From NCBI RefSeq assembly GCF_042660085.1, contig NZ_JBHSTI010000008.1, positions 990,001-1,022,000 on the forward strand: a stretch of 32,000 nucleotides of DNA. The letters are read 5' to 3'. Origin of the DNA: Longivirga aurantiaca (GTDB lineage: Bacteria > Actinomycetota > Actinomycetes > S36-B12 > CAIYMF01). The notes below the pieces were generated by a model. It was not told where the DNA came from and ran no database searches. It worked only from the letters and a program-made list of their open reading frames with translations. Positions 1 through 9,157 of the stretch are shown piece by piece; positions within the stretch are counted from its first letter, which is position 1, and every line of letters starts with the position of its first letter. A program made the translations under genes and the position numbers.

Positions 1-697
1 CCTGTTCGCGATGGCGGGCGGCCGCATCGTCGTGGGCCCGGTGGTCCGCGAGGTCGACACCTCGGGCGACGACGTCGTGCTGCGGTACGCCGACCACCGC
101 GAGATCCGCGCCGACCGCGTCGTGCTGGCGCCGGGCGCTGGCGCCGGACGCCTCCTGGAGGCGCTCGGCATCGACGTCGCGATGAGCCCCGTCCTCGAGC
201 AGGTGTGCCACGTCGGTCACCCCGGGGCCACCGACGACCTCCCGTGCCTGTACGACGGCCCGCTCGGGGACGAGCCGGGCATGTACGCCATGCCGACGCC
301 CGGACGCGGCTACAAGCTCGGCATCGACCAGCCGCTGCGCGCCTGGCGCGAGGACGACATCGACCGGGTGCCGAGCCCCGAGGTGTCGGCGCACATCTCC
401 GAGCGCGTGCGCCGCAACTTCGCCGTCCTCGACCCCACGGTGCTCGACGCCCAGGTGTGCACCTGGACCGACTCGCCGGACGGCCGCTTCGTGATCGACG
501 TCGTCCGCGACGGCCGCGTCGTGATCGCGTGCGGCGACTCGGGCGAGGGGTTCAAGTTCTCCGCGCTCATGGGCCTCGTGCTCGCCGACCTCGCCGAGGG
601 CAGCGACGCCGATCAAGACGTCGCCGCGTTCTCGCTCGCCCGGTTCGCCGACGGGTCCGGCGCCGCGTCCCCCGACGGGCACGTGCTCGGCCGCTAG
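1..697 (+). CDS. FAD-dependent oxidoreductase, C-terminal fragment (sarcosine oxidase/SolA-like); 5' end lies outside the window
   Basis: The frame is open from nt 2 with no upstream stop. Stop is TAG at 695-697. The C-terminal CGDSGEGFKFSALMGLVLADL block resembles the GxGFKF region of DAO-family flavoenzymes. GC3 bias is strong. Confidence 0.65.
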   Translation, partial: LFAMAGGRIVVGPVVREVDTSGDDVVLRYADHREIRADRVVLAPGAGAGRLLEALGIDVAMSPVLEQVCHVGHPGATDDLPCLYDGPLGDEPGMYAMPTPGRGYKLGIDQPLRAWREDDIDRVPSPEVSAHISERVRRNFAVLDPTVLDAQVCTWTDSPDGRFVIDVVRDGRVVIACGDSGEGFKFSALMGLVLADLAEGSDADQDVAAFSLARFADGSGAASPDGHVLGR

Positions 698-2061
698 GCC
701 GCGGGGCGCTCGACCGACTCGGCGATGCGCTCGGCCTGGACGAGCCGCAGGTCCGGGTCGAGGTCCCGCGCGTCGAGGTGCGGCGCCCCGGCGGACCCCG
801 GCACGGCCGGGTCGTCGAGATGGCGCAGCACCGGCAGGAACGCCGTCGCCACGGACACGACGAGCAGCAGCGACGTCATGAGCAGGAAGACCGGCTGCGG
901 CCCCCAGGCCTCGATCAGCGGCCCGGCCACCAGGTAGCCGAGCGGCCCGGCCGCGTACGCCGCTGAGCCCATGACGCCGACGACCCGGCCGCGCATGGCC
1001 TCTGGCGTGCGGTTCTGCATCGCGAGGTTGGTGATCGGGTTGATGGCGCCGAAGAAGATGCCTGTGAGCACGCTGAGGGCGAGCATCACGCCGTACGACG
1101 GCAGGAACGCCATGCCCAGCACGGGGATCGAGGTGAGGATCAGGCTCGCGACGAACGCGGGGCGACGGCGGAAGCGGTGCCCGAGCGCCGCATAGCCGAG
1201 CGCGCCGATCACGCCGCCGGTGCTCATCGCCGTGATGAGGAGGCCGAGCTTGGCGGGCTGGTCCATCTCGTTGAAGATGACCGGCAGGACGACACCCTCG
1301 ATCGGGAGCCAGACGCCGACGAGCAGCGAGGTCAGGATCGCCATGCTGCGCAGCACGCGGTCGCGCCAGAGGAACCGCAGCCCCTCGCGGGTCGAGGTCC
1401 AGAGGCCCTGCGGCCGGTGCGCCATCGCGGGTCGACCGCCGCCGGGCATGCGCGTGGTCGCCATCGCGAGGGCGCTGACGGCGAAGACGCCTGCGGTGAC
1501 CCAGAAGGTCGTCGTGGTGCCGATGAGGCCGATGAGGACGCCGCCGATGCCGGGGCCGAGGAGGTAGGCGAAGCCGTACGCGCTCTCGTGGATCCCGTTG
1601 GCCCGGGCCAGAGGGACGCGGGCCCGTCGGGCGGCCTCGGGCAGCATCGTCTCGCGCGCCGTGAGGCCGGCCGGGTCGAAGACGGCGCCGAGGGCCGCGA
1701 CCGCGAGCAGGACGCCGAAGTCGAGGCCCACCGTGACGGCGAGGATCGGGACGAGGGCGACGCTCGTGAGCGAGAGGAGGTCGGCCACCACCGAGACCGC
1801 TCGGCGGCCGACCATGTCGACGATCGTGCCGGCGAACAGCATCGACACGAGCAGCGGCAGCGCGGTGACGGCCGCGACGACGGCCGTGAGGCTCGCGTCG
1901 CCGGTGGTCTCGAGGACCAGCCACGGGAACGCGACCATCGAGATGCCGTTGGCGGTGCCGGACAGCACCGTGGTCGTCTCGAGGACGACGAACGGCCGCC
2001 ACGAGCGTCGCAGGGTGGCGGGACGGAGCAGGTCGGGAGCGGACGGGGTGGAGGGGTGCAT
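694..2061 (-). CDS. MFS transporter (455 aa)
   Basis: This is the distal part of track ORF 694..4398, starting at ATG 2061 (MHPSTPSAP...). It has multiple hydrophobic segments and an MFS-type loop (GTIVDMVGRR). The upstream part of the track ORF overlaps thyX/dapA antisense and is an artefact. Confidence 0.85.
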   Translation of the reverse strand: MHPSTPSAPDLLRPATLRRSWRPFVVLETTTVLSGTANGISMVAFPWLVLETTGDASLTAVVAAVTALPLLVSMLFAGTIVDMVGRRAVSVVADLLSLTSVALVPILAVTVGLDFGVLLAVAALGAVFDPAGLTARETMLPEAARRARVPLARANGIHESAYGFAYLLGPGIGGVLIGLIGTTTTFWVTAGVFAVSALAMATTRMPGGGRPAMAHRPQGLWTSTREGLRFLWRDRVLRSMAILTSLLVGVWLPIEGVVLPVIFNEMDQPAKLGLLITAMSTGGVIGALGYAALGHRFRRRPAFVASLILTSIPVLGMAFLPSYGVMLALSVLTGIFFGAINPITNLAMQNRTPEAMRGRVVGVMGSAAYAAGPLGYLVAGPLIEAWGPQPVFLLMTSLLLVVSVATAFLPVLRHLDDPAVPGSAGAPHLDARDLDPDLRLVQAERIAESVERPAA

Positions 2062-2066
2062 GGGTA

Positions 2067-2663
2067 TCAGGGCTGTGTCGGGGGCGTGATGCCCGAGAGG
2101 GTGAGGGTGAGGACGTGACGGGTCGCCGTGGCAGGGGCCACGCGGCCGTCCCGGACGCCGTTCCAGACGCCGAGCAGGATCCCCGTGAACGCCTCGACGA
2201 CGACCTCCGCCGGAACGTCGCCGCGGATGTCGCCCTCGCGCTGGCCGCGCTCGACGAGCGAGTCGAGCGCGGACGACACCGAGAGCCAGGCGTCCTGGAG
2301 CTGGGGCAGGTCCCACACCTCGGGGCCGGTGTCGAGGAACGACAGCTCGTCGGCGAGGGGGAGCACCTCCTGCACCACGCGGGCGAGCACCTCGGTCGCG
2401 GGTCCGTCGTCGAGCCGGGCGGTGTCGAGGCCCGTCTGCAGCCGCGCGACGGCCTGCAGGGCGAGGGCGGTGAGCAGGTCGGCCCGGGTCGGGAAGATCC
2501 GGTGCACCGTGGTGCGCCCGACACCGGCGGCCGCGGCGATCTCGGCGAGCGAGGCCCCGGAGTCCGTGGCCAGGAGTGCGGCCGCGGCGCGCAGCACGAC
2601 GTCCCGCACCGGCTCCGGGGCAGGGGAGGTCGCGGACGGTACGGAGCGCAGCGGACCAGACAT
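2067..2663 (-). CDS. TetR family transcriptional regulator
   Basis: The HTH is ASLAEIAAAAGVGRTTVHRIFPTRADL. I place the start at ATG 2663 (MSGPLRS) because the track start at 2690 lies inside the operator palindrome. The gene ends 5 nt upstream of the MFS start, so an operon is likely. Confidence 0.85.
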   Translation of the reverse strand: MSGPLRSVPSATSPAPEPVRDVVLRAAAALLATDSGASLAEIAAAAGVGRTTVHRIFPTRADLLTALALQAVARLQTGLDTARLDDGPATEVLARVVQEVLPLADELSFLDTGPEVWDLPQLQDAWLSVSSALDSLVERGQREGDIRGDVPAEVVVEAFTGILLGVWNGVRDGRVAPATATRHVLTLTLSGITPPTQP

Positions 2664-2670
2664 GCGTCCA

Positions 2671-2709
2671 GTGGAACACAGATGTTCCACCAGAGCAACT
2701 TTGTTCCAC
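2671..2709. promoter_or_regulatory. Candidate TetR operator: perfect inverted repeat GTGGAACA-caga-TGTTCCAC (2671-2690) plus a third half-site TGTTCCAC (2702-2709)
   Basis: The repeat is read directly from the sequence. It has 8-bp perfect arms and sits 8 nt upstream of the tetR start, in the divergent tetR/thyX gap. Confidence 0.6.
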
Positions 2710-2823
2710 CTGGAGGGTGCGCGATCCGCGGACGTGCCGGTCGTCGCTCCGCACCTCCGTCGGGCCGGCAGGCGGGCGCGGACGGTCGGGCGTGCCGGGG
2801 GGAGTCAGGTCGGGGGTGTTCGT

Positions 2824-2829
2824 TAGGTT
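2824..2829 (+). promoter_or_regulatory. -10-like hexamer TAGGTT, 6 nt upstream of the thyX GTG (leaderless-type start)
   Basis: TAGGTT-cacccc-GTG. No Shine-Dalgarno sequence lies between them. It matches the actinobacterial TAnnnT -10 consensus. Confidence 0.45.
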
Positions 2830-2835
2830 CACCCC

Positions 2836-3564
2836 GTGAGCGACGCGACCCCAGAGATCACCTTCCGCAGCGACGTCACCGTCGAGCTGGTGAAGTCCTC
2901 GGCCTCGGACGCCGACGTGCTGTTCGCCGCCCGCGTCTCGACCAAGGGCGAGCAGTCCCTCGACGACGTCGACGCCGACGCGAGCCGCAGCCAGGGCCTC
3001 ATCAACTACCTGATGAGAGATCGCCACGGAAGTCCTTTTGAACACACGTCGTTCACGTTCTTCGTCCGCGCACCGATCTTCATGTGGCGCGAGCACATGC
3101 GGCACCGCATCGCGTCGTACAACGAGGAGAGCGGGCGCTACCGCGAGCTCGAGCCCGTGTTCTACGTGCCCGCCCGCGAGCGCAACCTGGTGCAGGAGGG
3201 CAAGCCCGGCGCCTACGTCTTCGTGCCCGGCACCGAGGAGCAGTCGATCCTCGTCGAGGAGCAGGTCAAGGCCTCGTGCACCCAGGCCTACGCCGCCTAC
3301 CAGGCGATGCTCGACGCCGGCGTCGCCCGCGAGGTTGCGCGGATCGTCCTGCCGGTGACCATCTACTCCAGCGCTTACGTCACGATGAACGCCCGCGCGC
3401 TGATGAACTTCCTGTCGCTGCGCACCAAGCGCGAGGGGTCGCACTTCCCGTCCTTCCCCCAGCGCGAGATCGAGATGGTCGCGGAGAAGTACGAGGCGGA
3501 GTTCGAGCGGCTCATGCCGCTGACCTACGCGGCCTTCCAGGCCAACGGGCGCGTGGCTCCGTAG
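2836..3564 (+). CDS. thyX: FAD-dependent thymidylate synthase ThyX
   Basis: RHRIASYNEESGRY matches the ThyX RHRxxSxxxxSxR signature. The 242-aa length fits, and synteny with dapA-rnj is conserved. Confidence 0.95.
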   Translation: MSDATPEITFRSDVTVELVKSSASDADVLFAARVSTKGEQSLDDVDADASRSQGLINYLMRDRHGSPFEHTSFTFFVRAPIFMWREHMRHRIASYNEESGRYRELEPVFYVPARERNLVQEGKPGAYVFVPGTEEQSILVEEQVKASCTQAYAAYQAMLDAGVAREVARIVLPVTIYSSAYVTMNARALMNFLSLRTKREGSHFPSFPQREIEMVAEKYEAEFERLMPLTYAAFQANGRVAP

Positions 3565-3578
3565 GGCCCGGATCGCGA

Positions 3579-3584
3579 TAGCCT
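3579..3584 (+). promoter_or_regulatory. -10-like hexamer TAGCCT, 7 nt upstream of the dapA ATG (leaderless-type start)
   Basis: TAGCCT-cagggcc-ATG in the 27-nt thyX-dapA gap, with no SD sequence. Confidence 0.4.
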
Positions 3585-3591
3585 CAGGGCC

Positions 3592-4521
3592 ATGGCTTCC
3601 ACGCCCTCCTCCACCCCGCAGCGCCCGTTCGGGCGGATGCTCACCGCGATGGTGACGCCGTTCACCCGCGACGGCGCCCTCGACACCGCGGCCGCAGCGC
3701 GCCTCGCGACCGAGCTCGTCGACGACCTCGGCAACGACGGCCTCGTCATCAGCGGCACCACCGGCGAGTCGCCCACCACCAGCGACGAGGAGAAGGACCG
3801 CCTCCTCCGCGCGGTGATCGAGGCCGTGGGCGACCGTGCCCACGTCATCGCGGGCGTCGGCACCAACGACACGCACCACACGATCGAGCTCGCGCGTGCG
3901 GCCGAGAAGGCCGGCGCCGCCGGTCTGCTCGTCGTCACGCCGTACTACAACAAGCCGCCGCAGGACTCGCTCTACGCGCACTTCACCGCCGTCGCCGACT
4001 CCACCGGGCTGCCGGTGATGCTCTACGACATCCCGGGCCGCACGGGCGTGGCGATCGCCACCGAGACGCTGCTGCGTCTCGCCGAGCACCCGCAGATCGT
4101 GGCCAACAAGGACGCCAAGGGCGACCTCTTCGGCGCGCAGCGGGTGATGTCGCGCTGCGAGCTCGTCTACTACTCCGGCGACGACGCGCTCAACCTGCCG
4201 CTGCTTTCCGTCGGCGCGGTGGGCGCGGTCAGCGTCACCGGCCACCTCGTCGCCGACCGCATCCTGGCGACGATCCTCGCGTACGAGTCCGGCGACGTCG
4301 CCCTCTCGCGCGAGCTGAACGACGAGCTCGTCCCGGTCACCGAGGCGATCATGACGCGAACCCAGGGAGTCATCGCCGTGAAGGCAGCACTTGAGCACCA
4401 GGCCCGTCCGGGCGGTGGCGCGCTCCGGCTGCCGCTGCTGCCGATGAGCACCAAGGACAGGGAGCGCCTCGTGCGCGAGCTGGCCGAGGGCGGCGTCGCC
4501 GGCTTCGAGTCGATCGCATGA
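3592..4521 (+). CDS. dapA: 4-hydroxy-tetrahydrodipicolinate synthase
   Basis: Full-length DapA-like translation (MVTPFTRDG..., GTTGESPTTSDEEK, YYNKPPQ, VANKDAKGD). Confidence 0.95.
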   Translation: MASTPSSTPQRPFGRMLTAMVTPFTRDGALDTAAAARLATELVDDLGNDGLVISGTTGESPTTSDEEKDRLLRAVIEAVGDRAHVIAGVGTNDTHHTIELARAAEKAGAAGLLVVTPYYNKPPQDSLYAHFTAVADSTGLPVMLYDIPGRTGVAIATETLLRLAEHPQIVANKDAKGDLFGAQRVMSRCELVYYSGDDALNLPLLSVGAVGAVSVTGHLVADRILATILAYESGDVALSRELNDELVPVTEAIMTRTQGVIAVKAALEHQARPGGGALRLPLLPMSTKDRERLVRELAEGGVAGFESIA

Positions 4522-6203
4522 CCCACGCGCACCCCGAGCTCGGCACCCCGCCGCCGCTGCCGCCCAACGGGCTCCGCGTCGTCCCGCTCGGAGGGCTCGG
4601 CGATGTCGGCCGCAACATGACGGCCTTCGAGTACGCCGGTCGTCTGCTCATCATCGACTGCGGCGTGCTGTTCCCCGAGGACAGCCAGCCCGGCGTCGAC
4701 CTGATCCTCCCGGACTTTGACTTCATCCGTGACCGGCTCGACGCCGTCGAGGCGATCGTGCTGACGCACGCGCACGAGGACCACATCGGCGCGGTGCCCT
4801 ACCTGCTGCGCGAGCGCCAGGACATCCCGGTGTTCGGCTCGCGGCTCACGCTCGCCCTGCTCGAGGCCAAGCTGCGCGAGCACCGGATCAACGGCGTCAC
4901 GATGGTGGTCGTCGAGGGCGAGACCCGGAAGGTCGGCCCGTTCGACCTCGAGTTCGTCGCCGTCAACCACTCCATCCCGGACGCGCTGGCGATCTTCGTC
5001 TCGACGCCGGCCGGCACGGTGCTGCACACCGGCGACTTCAAGATGGACCAGCTGCCCCTCGACGGCCGCATCACCGACCTCCGCGCGTTCGCGCGGCTGG
5101 GGGAGCGCGGCGTCGACCTGTTCCTCGTCGACTCCACCAACGCCGAGGTGCCCGGCTTCGTGGCGAGCGAGCGCGACATCGAGCCCGCGCTCGAGCGCAC
5201 GTTCAACGCCGCCAAGGGGCGCATCGTGGTCGCGTCGTTCGCGAGCCACATCCACCGCATCCAGCAGATCATCGACATCGCGCTGCGGCACAACAGGAAG
5301 TTCGCGTTCTTCGGCAGGTCGATGGTGCGCAACATGGGGGTCGCGCGCGAGCTCGGCTACCTCACGTTCCCTGACGGCGCGCTGCTCACGCCCGAGCAGC
5401 TGTCGGAGCTGCCCGACGAGCAGGTCGTGCTGATCTGCACCGGGTCGCAGGGCGAGCCGATGGCGGCGCTCTCGCGCATCGCCAACAACAGCCACCAGAT
5501 CAAGGTCGGCCCCGGCGACACCGTGGTGCTCGCCTCGTCGCTCATCCCCGGCAACGAGAACGCCGTCAGCCGCGTCATCAACGGCCTCACCCGCCTCGGC
5601 GCGAAGGTCGTGCACAAGGCCAACGCGATGGTGCACGTGAGCGGTCACGCCGCCGCCGGCGAGCTCCTCTACTGCTACAACATCGTGAAGCCGAAGAACG
5701 TCATGCCCGTGCACGGCGAGCCCCGGCACCTCAAGGCCAACGCCGAGCTCGCGCTGGCGACCGGCGTCCCCGCCGAGCGGATCATGCTCACCCTCGACGG
5801 CGGCGTGATCGACCTCGTCGACGGCCGCGCCACCGTCGTCGGCGCGGTGCCCTGCGGCTACGTGTACGTCGACGGCGCCAGCGTCGGCGACCTCACCGAG
5901 TCCTCGCTCAAGGACCGCCGCGTGCTGGGCGCCGAGGGCTTCATCACCTGCTTCGTCGTCGTCGACTCCGTCGAGGGCAAGGTCACGGCCGGCCCGGAGA
6001 TCCACGCGCGCGGCTTCATCGAGGACGACGCGGCGTTCGACCCGGTCCTGCCCAAGATCAAGCAGGCGGTCGAGGATGCCCTCCGCGACGGCCTCGCCGA
6101 CGAGTACGCCCTCGCCCAGGTCGTCCGGCGCACCCTCGGCCGCTGGGTCAACGACCAGCACCGCCGCAAGCCCATGATCCTGCCGGTCGTCGTCGAGGCC
6201 TGA
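4518..6203 (+). CDS. rnj: Ribonuclease J
   Basis: Metallo-beta-lactamase HAHEDHIG motif, a beta-CASP-type body and 561 aa. The start overlaps the dapA stop (ATGA). Confidence 0.95.
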   Translation: MTHAHPELGTPPPLPPNGLRVVPLGGLGDVGRNMTAFEYAGRLLIIDCGVLFPEDSQPGVDLILPDFDFIRDRLDAVEAIVLTHAHEDHIGAVPYLLRERQDIPVFGSRLTLALLEAKLREHRINGVTMVVVEGETRKVGPFDLEFVAVNHSIPDALAIFVSTPAGTVLHTGDFKMDQLPLDGRITDLRAFARLGERGVDLFLVDSTNAEVPGFVASERDIEPALERTFNAAKGRIVVASFASHIHRIQQIIDIALRHNRKFAFFGRSMVRNMGVARELGYLTFPDGALLTPEQLSELPDEQVVLICTGSQGEPMAALSRIANNSHQIKVGPGDTVVLASSLIPGNENAVSRVINGLTRLGAKVVHKANAMVHVSGHAAAGELLYCYNIVKPKNVMPVHGEPRHLKANAELALATGVPAERIMLTLDGGVIDLVDGRATVVGAVPCGYVYVDGASVGDLTESSLKDRRVLGAEGFITCFVVVDSVEGKVTAGPEIHARGFIEDDAAFDPVLPKIKQAVEDALRDGLADEYALAQVVRRTLGRWVNDQHRRKPMILPVVVEA

Positions 6204-6216
6204 CCGAGCCGTTCGC

Positions 6217-6247
6217 GAAGGGGTGGGCCCGCCGGGCCCACCCCTTC
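6217..6247 (+). terminator. Stem-loop terminator candidate after rnj
   Basis: GAAGGGGTGGGCCC-gcc-GGGCCCACCCCTTC, a 14-bp perfect stem starting 14 nt after the rnj stop. There is no long U tract, which is common in high-GC actinobacteria. Confidence 0.6.
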
Positions 6248-6327
6248 CGCGTGCCGGGCGCTACGCACGGTGACTGTGAGGTCAAGGTTGACGGTGTGGC
6301 GTCCGGGACTCCTGTGACAGATGTGGG

Positions 6328-6333
6328 TAGCCT
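6328..6333 (+). promoter_or_regulatory. -10-like hexamer TAGCCT, 6 nt upstream of the ftsK ATG (leaderless-type start)
   Basis: TAGCCT-cgctgc-ATG, with no SD sequence. Confidence 0.4.
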
Positions 6334-6339
6334 CGCTGC

Positions 6340-8958
6340 ATGGCGACCCGTACGCCGGTGCCGCCGCGGACCTCGTCCGCGCGCGCTGGCTCTTCCCCCA
6401 CGAGCCGCTCGAGCAAGGCCGCGCCCGCCTCGGGCAAGGCCTCCTCGACGCGTCAGCCCGCTGCCAAGGCGCGCCCTGCCGCGCGCCCGGCGGCCCGACC
6501 CGCGCCCGTCGGCCCCTCGCCGGTGTCCCGGTTCTTCACCGGGCTGACGCGGGCGTTCGCCCTGGTCTGGCTGGGCCTCGGGCACGTGGTCGGCGGCGCC
6601 GTGCGCGCGCTCGGCCGCGGCGCCAAGGACCTCGACCCGGCCCACCGGCGGGACGGCCTCGGCCTGCTGTTCATCGGCCTCGCGATCCTGGTCGCCTTCT
6701 CGGTCTGGTGGAACGTCACCACCGGCCTCGGCGGCATCGTGGGCACCCTGGTCTCCGGCGCCCTCGGCAGCCTCGACGTCGTGCTGCCGTTCCTGCTGCT
6801 CGGCCTCGCCTGGCGCGTGCTGCGCAAGCCAGACGAGAGCGCCGCCACCGGCCGGATCACCATCGGCTGGGGCGCGCTGGTCCTGGCCGCCTGCGGCCTC
6901 ATGCACGTGATCAAGGGCACGCCCGTGCCTGCCGACGGTGCTGCGGCGATGCAGTCGGGCGGCGGCTGGATCGGCTGGCTCGCGAGCGCCCCCGTCGTCG
7001 CGGCCACGCACCCGGTCGTGGCCGGACTGCTCCTCATCCTGCTCGCCGCCTTCGGCGTCCTCGTCGTCACCGCCACCCCCATCGCCGCGGTCCCCGCTCG
7101 GGTCCTCGCCTTGCGCGACAGGCTCACGGGCACGGGCAAGGACGACGCGGAGGCTGCGGACGCCGAGCCCACGGCAAAGAAGAAGCGCCACCCCAAGGCG
7201 GACGACGCCGGGCTCGGCCTGCTCGCCGGCGATGTCGCGTTCGAGACGCCGCTGGTCGAGGACGCGCCCGCCAAGCGCCGCTTCCGCAAGTCCAAGGACG
7301 TGCTCGACGTTCTCGCCGCGCCCGAGGCCGAGGAGCACCACGTCGACCTCACGGCGCCGTTCGAGCACCAGGAGCCCGACGACGTCTCCACCGTCATCGT
7401 CGACCTCACCACCGGCGAGGTGCCGCCGGTCACCAAGAAGCCGGCGAAGCCCCTGCCGACGAACCCGTCGTCGATCGAGCAGATGCCGCTCTCGGGCGAC
7501 GTCACCTACCACCTGCCGAGCGTCGACTCGCTCAAGCCGGGTGCGGTGCACAAGTCCACGAGCAAGGCCAGCGACGCCGTCGTGGGCTCGCTCTCGGAGG
7601 TGCTCGACCAGTTCGGCATCGACGCCACCGTCACGGGCTACTCGCGCGGCCCGACAGTCACCCGCTACGAGGTCGAGCTCGGGCCGGCGGTCAAGGTCGA
7701 GCGCGTCACCGCGCTCTCCAAGAACATCGCGTACGCCGTGGCCAGCGCCGACGTCCGCATCCTGTCGCCGATCCCCGGCAAGTCCGCGATCGGCATCGAG
7801 ATCCCGAACACCGATCGCGAGATCGTCAGCCTGGGCGACGTGCTGCGCAGCAAGACCGCCACGGGCGACCACCACCCGATGGTCGTCGGCCTCGGCAAGG
7901 ATGTCGAGGGCGGCTTCGTCTGCGCGAACCTCGCGAAGATGCCGCACATCCTCGTCGCCGGCGCCACCGGCGCCGGGAAGTCCGGCTGCATGAACACCTT
8001 GATCACCAGTGTGCTCATGCGATCCACGCCGGACGAGGTGCGGATGATCCTCGTCGACCCCAAGCGCGTCGAGCTGACGGCGTACGAGGGCGTGCCGCAC
8101 CTCATCACGCCGATCATCACGAGCCCGAAGAAGGCCGCCGAGGCCCTGCAGTGGGTCGTGCGCGAGATGGACCTGCGCTACGACGACCTCGCGCAGTTCG
8201 GCTTCCGCCACGTCGACGACTTCAACAAGGCGGTCCGCGCCGGCCAGGTGAAGCCGCTGCCCGGCAGCGAGCGCGTCATCGAGCCGTACCCGTACCTGCT
8301 CGTGATCGTCGACGAGCTCGCCGACCTCATGATGGTCGCCCCGCGCGACGTCGAGGACTCGATCGTCCGTATCACCCAGCTCGCGCGCGCGGCCGGCATC
8401 CACCTGGTGCTGGCCACCCAGCGCCCGAGCGTCGACGTCGTCACCGGCCTCATCAAGGCCAACGTGCCGAGCCGCCTGGCGTTCGCCACCTCGAGCCTCG
8501 CCGACAGCCGCGTCATCCTCGACCAGCCCGGCGCGGAGAAGCTCGTCGGCCAGGGCGACGCGCTGTTCCTGCCGATGGGCGCGAGCAAGCCCATCCGCCT
8601 GCAGGGCTCGTGGGTCACCGAGAACGAGATCCGCGCCGTCGTCGCGCACTGCAAGGCCCAGATGGCACCGGCGTACCGCGAGGTCACCATCACCGCTGCG
8701 GCCAAGAAGGAGGTCGACGAGGAGATCGGCGACGACCTCGAGCTGCTCCGTGCCGCCGTCGAGCTCGTGGTGACCACGCAGTTCGGATCGACGTCGATGC
8801 TGCAGCGCAAGCTGCGCGTCGGCTTCGCCAAGGCAGGCCGCCTCATGGACCTCATGGAGACCCGCGGCATCGTCGGCCCGAGCGAGGGCAGCAAGGCGCG
8901 CGACGTGCTCGTCGTGGCCGACGAGCTCGAGGACGTGCTCGCGACGCTGGGGGAGTGA
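6340..8958 (+). CDS. ftsK: DNA translocase FtsK
   Basis: N-terminal TM segments and a long Pro/Ala/Lys-rich linker. Walker A is GATGAGKS and Walker B is LLVIVDELADLMM. The C-terminal gamma winged helix is STSMLQRKLRVGFAKAGRLMDLME. Confidence 0.95.
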   Translation: MATRTPVPPRTSSARAGSSPTSRSSKAAPASGKASSTRQPAAKARPAARPAARPAPVGPSPVSRFFTGLTRAFALVWLGLGHVVGGAVRALGRGAKDLDPAHRRDGLGLLFIGLAILVAFSVWWNVTTGLGGIVGTLVSGALGSLDVVLPFLLLGLAWRVLRKPDESAATGRITIGWGALVLAACGLMHVIKGTPVPADGAAAMQSGGGWIGWLASAPVVAATHPVVAGLLLILLAAFGVLVVTATPIAAVPARVLALRDRLTGTGKDDAEAADAEPTAKKKRHPKADDAGLGLLAGDVAFETPLVEDAPAKRRFRKSKDVLDVLAAPEAEEHHVDLTAPFEHQEPDDVSTVIVDLTTGEVPPVTKKPAKPLPTNPSSIEQMPLSGDVTYHLPSVDSLKPGAVHKSTSKASDAVVGSLSEVLDQFGIDATVTGYSRGPTVTRYEVELGPAVKVERVTALSKNIAYAVASADVRILSPIPGKSAIGIEIPNTDREIVSLGDVLRSKTATGDHHPMVVGLGKDVEGGFVCANLAKMPHILVAGATGAGKSGCMNTLITSVLMRSTPDEVRMILVDPKRVELTAYEGVPHLITPIITSPKKAAEALQWVVREMDLRYDDLAQFGFRHVDDFNKAVRAGQVKPLPGSERVIEPYPYLLVIVDELADLMMVAPRDVEDSIVRITQLARAAGIHLVLATQRPSVDVVTGLIKANVPSRLAFATSSLADSRVILDQPGAEKLVGQGDALFLPMGASKPIRLQGSWVTENEIRAVVAHCKAQMAPAYREVTITAAAKKEVDEEIGDDLELLRAAVELVVTTQFGSTSMLQRKLRVGFAKAGRLMDLMETRGIVGPSEGSKARDVLVVADELEDVLATLGE

Positions 8959-8980
8959 CCCGACTCACCTGAGCCCGTAG

Positions 8981-8998
8981 ATGCCGGGTTTCCGGCAT
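8981..8998 (+). terminator. Small hairpin after ftsK (ATGCCGG-gttt-CCGGCAT) followed by GTTTCGGG
   Basis: 7-bp perfect stem with a 4-nt loop, starting 23 nt after the ftsK stop. The T-rich tail is weak. Confidence 0.4.
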
Positions 8999-9121
8999 GT
9001 TTCGGGCCTCGTGAGCGGCGCGCAGGCCGTGCCCGCAGTCACCCGCTCGGCGAGTCACGCGTTTCCCAGGGGGCGGGGGTGCGGCCTATCCTCGTCAGTG
9101 ACCGGGGGATGACCGATGCGT

Positions 9122-9135
9122 ACGGACGCGTCCGT
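9122..9135. promoter_or_regulatory. Perfect 14-bp palindrome ACGGACGCGTCCGT, just upstream of the RodZ-like gene SD
   Basis: Read directly from the sequence. It lies 10 nt upstream of GGGAGG (9145-9150) and downstream of a TATCCT -10-like hexamer (9087-9092). Confidence 0.35.
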
Positions 9136-9157
9136 CCGAGGTGCGGGAGGTGGAGCG

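Noticed and set aside
1925-1951. A third ECF-like motif, GGGAACG-N15-CGTTG
   Set aside because: It lies inside the MFS coding region on the antisense strand. The heptamer and spacer differ from the two intergenic sites, and no downstream gene exists for it to drive. It is most likely a chance match.
2062-4398. The upstream two thirds of the 1234-aa track ORF 694..4398 (minus strand)
   Set aside because: It runs antisense through tetR, thyX and dapA. Its translation is Arg/Gly/Asp-rich low-complexity sequence, typical of off-frame reading in high-GC DNA. Only the distal 455 codons look like a protein (the MFS transporter).
6281-6292. A small palindrome GTCAA-gg-TTGAC containing a TTGACG -35-like hexamer, upstream of ftsK
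   Set aside because: The arms are only 5 bp. No -10 element lies at the appropriate 16-19 nt spacing, and the TAGCCT hexamer is 34 nt away. This is not enough support for a regulatory call.
6148-8649. An 833-aa minus-strand ORF antisense to ftsK, and the 883-aa plus-strand ORF 6321..8972 in another frame
   Set aside because: ftsK in frame 6340..8958 has unmistakable Walker A/B and gamma-domain motifs. The overlapping ORFs translate to Arg/Ala/Gly/Pro-rich nonsense and are GC-driven artefacts.
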